A stretch of DNA of 64,000 bases from Dendrobates tinctorius (lineage: Eukaryota). The translations under genes and the position numbers were made by a program. The notes beneath the pieces were generated by a model. The model did no database searches. It saw nothing but the letters and a program-made list of their open reading frames with translations, and was not told the DNA's origin. Shown piece by piece: positions 38,203 to 49,232 of this stretch; the stretch's first letter is position 1, and the number at the start of each line of letters is the position of its first letter. The stretch spans positions 28,024,001-28,088,000 of the forward strand of contig NW_027361806.1 in assembly GCF_039654945.1 (NCBI RefSeq). The letters run 5' to 3'.

Positions 38203-39324
38203 GTACGATTATCCACTTGTTTGATAACGAATCGTTAGTTCATTTATTCACTTTTTTTTTTTTTTTTTTGACAGTGTAAGCTTATACTAGACAGTGCAAA
38301 AACTTATCACGTCTAAGTTTACACCATGTATTAGTTGGCTTTCCCTCTGACACAGTACATCAGGTTTTGTATAAAGCAAAAAACCTTTAAACCCTTTTTT
38401 TTTTTTTTTTTTTACCGCCAATCCCATCCTAACAAGTCACAGTAACGTTTAAAGCAATGTACAAAAAATGTAAATCTATGGACAGGGTCCTACTGAGTCA
38501 GGTTCTCGAATTGATGGGGGTTTCTGGGGACAGACCACCAGGGAGATCAGCAAGTTATCTCGGCGGATAGGGGAGAATTAACCCTGTATTGTATATGATA
38601 TGGGAATGTACAGTGTTGGGAACTTTCTGGAGGGGTTCCTGAACCATAAAGTTTTATGGCTCATTTAGCTACATGTCTAAACTTTGGGCTTTTTAGAAGA
38701 CTGTGTGGTGACAGGTGGAGAACTTTTCAGCAGCCTTTGATGTTTGTTCTAGTGCATTTACTACATCAGAATTTATTACAAAAAGAATAAGAAAAAATTG
38801 GAAAGGGAGTATAAAAGAAAAGGAGAGACGTGTTGTGGTGATCAGGAGTCCTGGGGTGGATTCTCTGTCGTCTCATTACCTTCGTAGAAGTCTGTTTGTT
38901 GTCTCGTAGCGGACTATGACGGCGTGGCTCTGCTTCGGTTGTATTGGGCGGCAGTAGTGGGACCTCTGCTGGTCATAGTCTGTAATCACCTCGCTATCCT
39001 CCATGTCTGGAGCTGTCGGGGGGGACGTTTTCATACGCGGATTACCACTGTGGTATCTGTTCGCCAATAGAATTGACCACTAAAAGTTGAGGGGAGAGGG
39101 TTCTCTGATGAATTCTGTATTGCACCCTGTCGGTCCCTTCCACCGTGGGTGCAGTTTGTTACACAACTTGGACTTATAGAAGTTGCCAATTTTTATATGA
39201 AAAATGTTGGACTTTAAAAAGACAACTCGACCTGTGGCGTCCACCCTGCCAGGATCAGCTCATGTATATAGACCCGAGCTTGTCTTTTCCTCTGTCTAAC
39301 ATCTGTTTTCTGCACAATTTACAG

Positions 39325-39506
39325 AGAAAAGGAAAGGAGCCCACGGAGCACAAGCCCGAGGTCATCCTCAATAACTTCACCACTCGACTCGGGCACTCTA
39401 TCGGCCGTATGTTTGCCTCTCTTTACCCACACGATCCGCAGTTCTCAGGCCGACAGGTGGCCACTTTCCACAACCAGCGGGATTACATCTTTTTTCGATA
39501 TCACAG
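39325..39506 (+). CDS. RPF1: RPF1 exon 7
   Basis: tacag| [35 protein letters not shown]...[15 protein letters not shown] |gtatg. Confidence 0.96.
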
Positions 39507-39614
39507 GTATGTTGTTTTTGTAGCATCCTCGTGTGGCGCAGGGTGAATTCCCCGAGGATGTATGTCTGTAGTAATGTAATAATGTCCAGGTCTATGATGT
39601 TATTTCTTCTATAG

Positions 39615-39741
39615 ATACATTTTTAGGAGTGAAAAGAAAGTGGGGATTCAGGAACTTGGTCCTCGATTTACACTGAAGCTGAGGTCTCTGCAGAAGGGAA
39701 CGTTTGATTCAAAGTACGGAGAATACGAGTGGGTCCATAAG
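39615..39741 (+). CDS. RPF1: RPF1 exon 8 (sigma70-like ELGPRFTL motif)
   Basis: tatag| [42 protein letters not shown] |gtgag. Confidence 0.96.
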
Positions 39742-40340
39742 GTGAGTTTAATGACTGGATGATGTCTCATGCTGGGGTGTAAGGGCTCAGATGTTTATTT
39801 TTTTCACCTGGTGCAGGGGAGACATGAGTCCTTGTACTTAATCCCTAAATGTCTGTGTTTAAATCTTAAGCATCGCATCAGGTTTGTGTCAGAAGAGTCC
39901 GGCCTTATATTACAGGAGATGGTAAACTTATATGGAAATGATTTATTGATTCTCCCATTATGAGAGACGTTCAGAATAAAGAGCTTGTCCACGTCAACAT
40001 GTACATTTAAAAGACTCAAATTGGGGTAGAATATTAGAAGCAATTCTCGGCTCTCTGGTGCCAGCTGATCTTAGGCTTCAGGACAACTGCGGCACCCGCT
40101 TGCAGATCAACGCTGCAGTGGTTGTGAGTCCTGATGTAAGGATGTCATCACTGCATCACAAAGTGATTATATGCCAGGGATTGGGGAGTATTGCTTCCGT
40201 TTTATCCCATTCCAATAAGGGGAAAAAAAAAAGGTGAAGTTGACAGTGGAAACTCCGTGTGAATATTTCTGCGGCTTTTATGATGTTGCCCTCTGTGATA
40301 GCATCTACACTGGCCGTTAATATAGGCTGTGGCTAGCACT

Positions 40341-40542
40341 GTGTGGTGGCTCAGTGGTTAGCACCGTTGTGTTGCAGTGCTGGGTCCTGGCTTCAAATCC
40401 CACCACCAAAACATCTGCAAAGAGTTTGTACTCGTGTTTGCGGGGGTTTCCTCCCACACTCCAAAGACTGATTGGGGCTCACAGCCTACATCTGTAAAGT
40501 GCTGCTGCGTATGATGGTGCTATACAAGGAAGCAAAAATAAT
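40341..40542 (+). mobile_element. tRNA-derived SINE (V-SINE/SINE2-like), degenerate
   Basis: A box TGGCTCAGTGG (40347); B box GGCTTCAAATCC (40389); gggtttcctcccacactccaaagac core; tgtaaagtgctg...gctata tail. Confidence 0.75.
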
Positions 40543-40981
40543 GAGATGTCCGATCAGCTCCTGTAGAAAAGCAATTGTCACGCCGACATTCAACCTGGAT
40601 GATGCGGCCTGATGTGGCATTACTCTTGTCCCTGGCTGCAGGGTTTGTATATGGCCTGATGGTCATTTATGATGCTCATATGTGCGGAGTCATAGTTCTC
40701 CTGAGAGTAAAGGGTATAATTATAAACTCTAAAATTAAATCTGAAAAAAAAAAAATACACCTGATGTGACCTGTCCAAATACTTCCATGACTGGGTACAG
40801 TACTCCCCATGTAAAGAAGGGGCACATTGCTCAGCCAGCAGTGGGGGCAGATTTATGGGGGAACACATCAAGGCCTCAGTCTTTCATTATATCAGCAAAG
40901 TTTCTGTAATTGATCCGCACCAAAAAATGCAGTAACATCGATCACCTCATTCCTCTAATCTTACATTGTGTTCTCTTATAG

Positions 40982-41023
40982 CGACATGAAATGGACTCAA
41001 ATAGAAGAAAATTCCACTTATAA
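40982..41023 (+). CDS. RPF1: RPF1 terminal coding exon 9
   Basis: tatag| RHEMDSNRRKFHL*. Joined CDS = 1041 nt, 346 aa. Confidence 0.93.
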   Translation, partial: RHEMDSNRRKFHL

Positions 41024-41989
41024 GGAGATATGCTTGGATATGCAGGACAACATTACTCATCATGTATGGCATTACAGCTTCTTCTGTTAAGCGCCCACTG
41101 GTGGAGCTGGAAGACCCTAGAATATAATCTTCACTAGTGGAACGAATGCAAGGATGATATTAATATCTTCATTCCAGTATACAACACTTTGCTTTACAGC
41201 ATGCTGCAAACTCAACCCCATTCTCTTAGCACATTGTTGGAATATTAGAGACTTCAAGTTCTGTATCTGTCAAATCACCGTTACCTGGTGAAAAGTCAGT
41301 GTTTCCTGATCATCTTAGCTCACGATCCCTAACAAACCGAGCAAAACTGGATCCTGAGTCCAGGACAGAGACCAAAGAATATATATTTATATACATCCTA
41401 AACCAGAAGATAACCCTCCCCTCCAAAGTAATATGTTCACTAGTCAATAACTCCCGTCTCGTCCATTGCCTTCTATGCTACATGCGACCATGCAGATCAG
41501 TAAATTGCATCCAAAAGATCCAGATCTGGTGTCATGTCACCTGGATGAGTGTCTGGTGCACAAACAGGAAGCAATGAAGGAATATCCTGTGACTGTAAGG
41601 GGAATTTCATGACAAGGAAAACGAGTCCGTGCCTCCCTGTTCCGGTAATTAGGATCCCAGACACAAAGACTGAAGCAGTGATTTAGTGAGGCCAAGCAAA
41701 AAACAGCTAAGAATCTGGTGTGGACCTTAAAATACTGATTATCAAAATAATCCAGACTTCTCAATCCACAGATAAATGTTCACATGAGACACAGCACCCG
41801 GCCGACTGTGGGCCTCGTGACTGAAGCGATCAGCCTGGTCGGGGATGTGCAGCCATAACGCGCTCCGCTGTGGTAGACCCGGACTCTGCTCGTGGCCTCA
41901 TCTTACATGTTATGGACGTGTAATATTCTGCTGCTCTGCACGATTTCAGTATCGCCAGATTTATTGATGGCTTTGTGTAATAGTTACAC

Positions 41990-41995
41990 AATAAA
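41990..41995 (+). terminator. Candidate RPF1 polyadenylation signal AATAAA (alternative at ~42118)
   Basis: First AATAAA I noticed downstream of the stop. Motif only. Confidence 0.35.
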
Positions 41996-43635
41996 AAAAA
42001 AGTTACAGACATCTCAGCAAGGGCTGACTTTTCTGCTGGGCGAGTGGTAGATTTTTTTTTAGTACTTTTTTGTGAGGTCAAAATCGGTTATTTTTATGGT
42101 GTTTTACCATAGTTGAAAATAAACAGGAAAATTTAAGTTCAATACGTTTATGTAATTTGCAATATCTGGTGGCGCACATTTTTGGCACAAGACATGGCAA
42201 TTCAGACTGACTTATCATTCACCATGAACCACTGATAAATCGCACCCTGTGCTGCGGCAGCTGTGCCTGTGTAACACTGAAGAAACCCATGAAGATGGCC
42301 ACCCACGTCAGTACTCGCACAAGTTGTATAGCAACTGCCCTATGCAATGTGCTCTCCTACCCTAGATGACCAGCCATTCAGACTGCAGCGGTGGCCGGTA
42401 ACCAAGGCAACAAGCCGTACTGAAATAACTTAGGATATGTTCCCACGATAAGCTTCTGATTTTGCAGACTTTCTGCATACAAAACTTATGGTGGGAACGT
42501 AGCCATAGGCCGGGATCACACGTGAGAAACACAGCCTTGCCGACACTTGGATCGGAGCGTTCAGCTCCATGTATTGCTACGCAGCCGCAGGCTCCGCTCC
42601 CGCCTGCCGGGTATTAACATGCAAGACTCTGCCATGTTTCTTGCATGTGTGATCCCGGCCTTAAGGAGATAATTGCTCTTTTCTACTAGGGCTTTGCAGT
42701 CTTACCCATTTACCAAGATGCCGCAAAACAAGAATTGGTTTATATATGAAAAAAAAAAAACTTGTTGCATAACTCAAACATGATACCCTTCAGTATATTA
42801 TGCCTGTAATTGTAAACCTAGCCGTCGCATTAGGCCTTGTCACAGGGCAAAGTACATCTGTCATGGTCGCAGACACCTTACATAGGCACTCGGCTGGCAT
42901 AGAAACCCACCAGTATTAGAGACATCAGTGAGCTGAGAGGACGGCATCTATACAAGGGGGGCTCCCTACTAAGCAGTTACTGCCAGGGAAGAGTGCAGAT
43001 GTCAGGAAGGGGTTAATAAACTGGCCTGTAAATTGTACGGTGGTCCCATTCCCCCCCACAACCCATCACATCCTTAGATCTGCTCACAATTGTCTAGAAA
43101 TACTAAATCTTATTTACTGAACGATGGTCTGAAGCCTGACATTACTGCCACGATTGATGGAGGGGATGCTGGGAGTTGTAGTTTCAGCACAAGTTGCAGA
43201 CCGCTCAGAGGAGCCTGGGACACATTCATGGTCAGACATTGTAATACAACAGCCTCCTCTAAAGAGGAACGTTTCACAGGTTACATTTACACAATGAGAT
43301 CTCCATGAGATTCCACCAGACATCATTCTTGTACCTAACATTCCCAGCTATGAGGCGCTCCGTTCTGCCATCAGATCGAGTGCAAGTTACCATCATGGTG
43401 TGACGGCAACGTCCTCCTGCCTGTGTACAGCCGCTGCATATGGGGCAAGAGTAGGAACTCTGCACGTATATTGGTGGAGTCACTAAGCACCGCGCATGCC
43501 TCTATCCCCAGGTTGTGGAGAGCTCGTCTCCTTCCCGACTCCAGAGCTAGTATTGGCACCATCTGCCTCTCGGGGTTTTACCTTTCTCTGGGGAAACATC
43601 TAAGGTTACAGGTTGGATTTCTGTTTCCACCTTAA

Positions 43636-45272
43636 CCCCTTAGTGACCATCAATACGACTTAAAACTGACCTGCTATAAGCGAATAGCATCTCCCCAGAT
43701 GGGTGACGATCCTGCAGCTGTCGGCTGTCCACCATAGCTGAAAACTTGCTGCATCAGCCACGATCAGTGTTGGCACCAACCATGGCCATTTAACCCCTTA
43801 AATTCTGCTGTAAATAATGATTACAGCATCTAGATGGTTGACAGTGTGGGGTCTCCCTCTAACGCCATCAGCACCCTGAGATCGTGTGATCCTGATGGCC
43901 GTTCATGGCCAAATAACAGCCTTAGGCTATGTGCACACGGTGCGGAATCTGCTGTGGAATTTTCCACAAAGATTTTACTAAATCTGCAGGTCAAATGACC
44001 TGCATTTTTCTTGCAGTTTTCCACCTGTGGATTTCTAGAATGGAGCAGGTGGAAAACTGCAGCAAAACCGCACAAAAGTCACATGCTGCATTTTTTCAAT
44101 CCACAGCAAATCTGTGGATTTTGTTTTACATAGGCTATAATGGTAATGTACATCACACACAGTCCTACTGCGAAACCGCAGGGCCAAATCCACTGCGGAT
44201 CTGCAGCAGAATACGCACCGTGTGCACATAGCCTTAGGGTACGTGCACACGCTGCGGATTTTAGTATGGATTTGGTTGCGCGGTTTTTGTAAAATCTGCA
44301 GTTCAAAAGACCTGCGGTTTTACCTGCAGATTGCTCTGCGGTTTTTCATCTCAAAGGAGGAGATGGGAATCCGCAGAAAGAATCGACATGTCAATTCTTT
44401 CTGCGGTTTAAAAACCACGTGGAAAAATCCGCACCGTCTGCACTGCGGTTTTTTATTCCCATAGGGAATAATGGTACTGTACACCGCAGCAGAATCCGCA
44501 GCGTGTGTCCAAAGTCTTCCAGCCTCAGCAGCCTGCTGAAGCGTCGAAAACATTTAGGCTATGTGCACACGCTGCGGTTTTGGCCGCTGCGGATCTGCAG
44601 ACAGTGTACAGTAGCATGTAAATCTATGTGACTTACATTCTGCTGTGCACACGCTGCGGATTTTTAACTGCAGAAAAGCTGCGGTTTTGAATCCGCAGAA
44701 AGAAGTGACGTCAATTTTCTGCGGATTCTGCTGCGGTTTACCATCTCCTCCATTGTAGAGGTGATAAACCGCAGGCCAATCCGCAGGTCATTTTACCTGC
44801 GGTTCCGCAGATACAAATCCGCAGCGTGTGGACATAGCCTTAGGTGGTAAAAATAAACATTCCAGTTATTCCACTTAGCATTCATTCCTGAAAAGCCATT
44901 GAAGGGTTAATGAACTACCTGAAAGCAATTTTGAATATGTTGAGGGGTGCCGTTATTTTTAAAATGGTATCACTTCTTGGGATTTCCAATATATGACCCC
45001 GAAAGTCACTTCAAATGTGAACAGGTTCCTCAAAAATATAAAGTTCAGTAAATTTCCTTAAAAAAAAAAAAAAGTTACTGCTACATTTTTAAACCTTTTA
45101 AAATGTTAATAAAATAACATAATGTGCTGATGTAAAGCAGTCACGTGGGAAATGTCATTTATTAATGATTTTCTGTGGCTTGACCAACTGGATTAAAAGG
45201 AATACTCAAAGTTTGAAAATTATTATTTTTTTTTTTTTACAAAAAAAATTGTCAAGTTTGATATTCTTATAA

Positions 45273-45324
<52 letters not shown>

Positions 45325-45487
45325 CACACACACACACACACACACTTGTGTCAACCTAAGTTTACCATTATTGAAGTATAATGTGTCCCGTAAAAACAAT
45401 ATCCAAGTTAGTGGGATATGTTGACGAATTCGAGTTATTGCTACATAAGATGATCAAGTATTTGAAATTTGAGTAGTCATTACAGGG
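43636..45487. mobile_element. Older, deleted relative of the TTAA piggyBac-type element, containing three nested MITEs
   Basis: ttaa|CCCCTTAGTGACC...ACAGGG|ttaa. Its 3' part (gtgctgatgtaaag...gggaaatg...ttattaa) matches 27720-27950. MITEs at 43925-44233, 44237-~44510 and 44557-44839. Confidence 0.7.
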
Positions 45488-46810
45488 TTAAAGAAGCTGT
45501 CCACTACTACCCCTCGCTTGGCCACAATAAAATAAAGCCTATACGCTCCTCCCGTGCCGGCGCCGTTCCCGCGCTGCTGTTGTGACGTGACCCCGGCGTC
45601 ACCATCCTCACCTTCTGTCGAATTGATCATAAAGAGGACGTCGGATCATCCGCAGCCCGGACTCTTCATGATAGATTTGCCTGACGGTGGGGACAGTGAC
45701 GCCAGCACTGATTGGGCACCAGAGTCACAACAACCGCATCGGAGGCCGGGGAGAGCGAGTGCAAGCGCCGCAGGAAAGTCGTCAGCACAGGAGGGGAGTT
45801 TAGACTTTATTACTATATGGGGGGCAAACATTTTGATCAGGTGGGGGTTGTCCTAGTAGTGGACATACGCTCTAAGGCCGGGGTCACACTAGAGAGGAAT
45901 ACGGACGAGTGAGAGGCGTAAAAAAGCACGTATTACACACGGACCAATGATTGTCTATGGGGCAGCTCCCAACAGCCGTATATTTCTCATCCGTATTCTA
46001 CGGTCCGTGCCAATCGCAGCATGCGATTGTCAGCGTACTACACCCGTAATACGCCAATGCAAGTCTATGGGTGCGCGAAAAATACGCATTACACACGGAC
46101 CACACATGTGACTAGCGAGAAATACGCACCCGGTGATATTGATAGAGATAGACAGAGAGATTATACACACACATACACGTCATTGTGACAAACATATATA
46201 TTTAGATTTCACAGAGTTCTTCATAGCAGAATAGCCGCTAATTAACTATCAAATAATTCCCCAACCCGACATGAAATGACACATGGTTTACATTCAGTAA
46301 ACCATTTCATGTTTTTGTTTTTTTGTTTATATGTCCCTGACTAATAATTAGATGAGGGTTTGTGTACAAAATTTGGGAGGTGTAGTTGTTATTTTAAGGG
46401 GTTAATTCTTTGTTAAAAAATGCATGTGCTTCCCATTGCCCTATATTGGTGGCGAGTGGGTTAATCTAACAAAGGGTTAATGTCACCATTCGATTGTAAG
46501 GTGACATTAACCCTTTGTTAGATTAACCCATTCGCCACCGCTACAGGGCAATGGGAAGGCCAAGCACTTTTTAACAACGAATTAACCCCTTAAAACAACA
46601 CCTCCCAAATTTTGCACACAAACCCTCATCTAATTATTAGTCAGGGACATATAAAATAAAAAAAAAATAAAAAAAACCTGAAGTGAAATGCTTTACTGAA
46701 TGTAAACCATGTGTCATTTCATGTCGGGTTGGGGAATGATTTCATAGAAGCCGGCAAGTTAATTAGCGGCTATTCTGCTATGAAGAACTCTGTGAAGTAC
46801 AAGAATATAT

Positions 46811-46832
46811 ATATATATATATAAAGCTCAAA

Positions 46833-46868
<36 letters not shown>

Positions 46869-48553
46869 TTGTTTGTATGTATGTCCGGGATAGGCATCCG
46901 CACCGTCGCAGCTACAGCCGCAAAATTTGGCACAGTCGCACGTCTGGACCCCGAGAGCGTCCTAAGCTATGTTGTGAGGCGAAATTTTAACCCCGCGCGT
47001 TCCAATTCACCAAACAATGTTGCCCCTATCTACATACTGGGGGAAAAAGTGTGTGTGCGTCAAGCCCCGCCCCTCATTGTGATGTCACAATGCCCCTATT
47101 TGCATACCGGGGAAGCAGTGTGTGCGCACCAAGCCCCGCCCCTCATTATGATGTCACAATGGTTGTCATGGCGACCCTGATGTCATCAAAGGTTGCAAGC
47201 CCTGCCGCCGCTCATTATGATGTCATAATGGTTGACTATGGGTTGGAGGATGTGTGATGGGTATATGGGCACGGGACTATGGGATGGAGGATATGTATGA
47301 TGGGTATATGGGCACGGGACTATGGAATGGAGGATATGTATGATGGGTATACGGGCACGGGACTATGGGATGGAGGATATGTATGATGGATATATGGGCA
47401 CAGGACTATGGGATGGAGGATGTGTGATGGGTATATGGGCACGGGACTATGGGATGGCGGATTTGTATATGGGCACGGGACAATGGGATGGCGGATGTGT
47501 GATGGGTATATGGGCATGGGACTATGGGATGGCGGATATGTATGATGGGTATATGGGCACTGGACTATGGAATGGAGGATGTGTGATGGGTATATGGGCA
47601 CGGGACTATGGGATGGCGGATTTGTATATGGGCACGGGAAAATGGGATGGCGGATGTGTGATGGGTATATGGGCATGGGACTATGGGATGGCGGATATGT
47701 ATGATGGGTATATGGGCACTGGACTATGGAATGGAGGATGTGTGATGGGTATATGGGCACGGGACTATGGGATGGCGGATTTGTATATGGGCACGGGACA
47801 ATGGGATGGAGGATGTGTGATGGGTATATGGGCACGGGACTATGGGATGGAGGATGTGTGATGGGTATATGGGCACTGGACTATGGGATGGAGGATATGT
47901 ATGATGGGTATATGGGCACGGGACTATGGGATGGCGGATTTGTATATGGGCACGGGACAATGGGATGGCGGATGTGTGATGGGTATATGGGCACAGGACT
48001 ATGGGATGGCGGATGTGTGATGGGTATATGGGCACTGGACTATGGGATGGAGGATGTGTATGATGGGTATATGGGCACGGGACTATGGGATGGAGGATAT
48101 GTATGATGGGTATATGGGCACGGGACTATGGGATGGCGGATTTGTATATGGGCACGGGACAATGGGATGGCGGATGTGTGATGGGTATATGGGCACGGGA
48201 CTATGGGATGGAGGATGTGTGATGGGTATATGGGCACGGGACTATGGGATGGCGGATTTGTATATGGGCACGGGACAATGGGATGGCGGATGTGTGATGG
48301 GTATATGGGCACGGGACTATGGGATGGAGGATGTGTGATGGGTATATGGGCACGGGACTATGGGATGGCGGATGGGTATATGGGCACGGGACAATGGGAT
48401 GGCGGATGTGTGATGGGTATATGGGCACGGGACTATGGGATGGAGGATGTGTGATGGGTATATGGGCACGGGACTATGGGATGGAGGATAATTATAATTT
48501 TCTATAACTAACCACAGTTAGTTACTATGCCCGGGCAGCGCCGGGCTCTTCAG

Positions 48554-48557
<4 letters not shown>
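46811..48557 (+). mobile_element. Non-autonomous Helitron inserted in a (TA)n tract
   Basis: 5' tatataaagctcaaag(tg)n. 3' hairpin GCCCGG-gcagcg-CCGGGC (48529-48546), then CTAA|T (CTRR). No TSD. The 5' TC is hidden in the TA repeat, so the start is approximate. Confidence 0.72.
47238..48490. repeat. ~41-bp minisatellite (gggtatatgggcacgggactatgggatggaggatgtgtgat), ~30 units, inside the Helitron
   Basis: Tandem units of ~34-43 bp with a recurring higher-order pattern. Confidence 0.95.
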
Positions 48558-48607
<50 letters not shown>

Positions 48608-48959
48608 GCACACACATATATACATGTATTCTATGTGTCTATAGCTATTCTTTCGTTTGTGTTATAAACCCTGTCATAGGGCTCCATTAAATGTCCATTT
48701 AATAGCAAGCCGGCGACAAAATCTCTCCATACGGATTGCATACGGATGCAGACATGCGCAAAATACGCGACCACACCTTGATTACGGATGACATACGGAG
48801 CACTATTTAGGGGTCATTCATCTGTATTACGCATGTAAACTACGGACCATATTTTGCGCCGGTTAGTGTGACCCCGGCCTAATACTATGACGTTCCTAGT
48901 GGTGCAGGCAAACCCTAAAGCGCGACTGGAGGTGAAGCTACAAGAACACGGAGCGCGGG

Positions 48960-49175
48960 AGACGTAAAAGGAAAGACATTTATTGCGATTAGTCACCAGT
49001 GTATAAAATGGATTTTTTTTCTTTTATAAAGATGAAGTAAATGACTGCAGACAGCTCATGGCGGAGAGGTAGTTGTTAACTCGTGTCGATGGAAATGTAC
49101 AATAGAAAACTTGGCACGTCCCACCATAAACAGAGCGGCTCCTTCAGGACAAGCGGTGATCGGCTAAAGGAAAAA
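48960..49175 (-). other. GNG5: Candidate GNG5 terminal non-coding (3' UTR) exon
   Basis: Strong - strand acceptor (ttttctttttcctttcag| at 49176) and AATAAA at 48979-48984. Blocks ttaacaactacctctc and ttttatacactgg resemble my memory of the mammalian GNG5 3' UTR. Would pair with the donor at 53534. Confidence 0.6.
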
Positions 49176-49232
49176 CTGAAAGGAAAAAGAAAAATTTAAA
49201 GAACCAGATCAGATCACACAAGATCTTCATTA

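Larger units (their letters stand above)
45876..48879. mobile_element. Harbinger/Tourist-like fold-back element with TAA TSD (same family as 6910-10393, opposite orientation), hosting a Helitron
   Basis: taa|GGCCGGGGTCACACTA...TAGTGTGACCCCGGCC|taa. Internal palindrome 46200-46800 with apex near 46494. Confidence 0.88.

Noticed and set aside
40341-40420. Possible tRNA gene
   Set aside because: The A/B boxes run into a SINE body and tail; no complete cloverleaf or Pol III terminator is evident.
47320-48507. Repetitive MGTGLWDGG / PSHSP ORFs
   Set aside because: Minisatellite translations, not genes.
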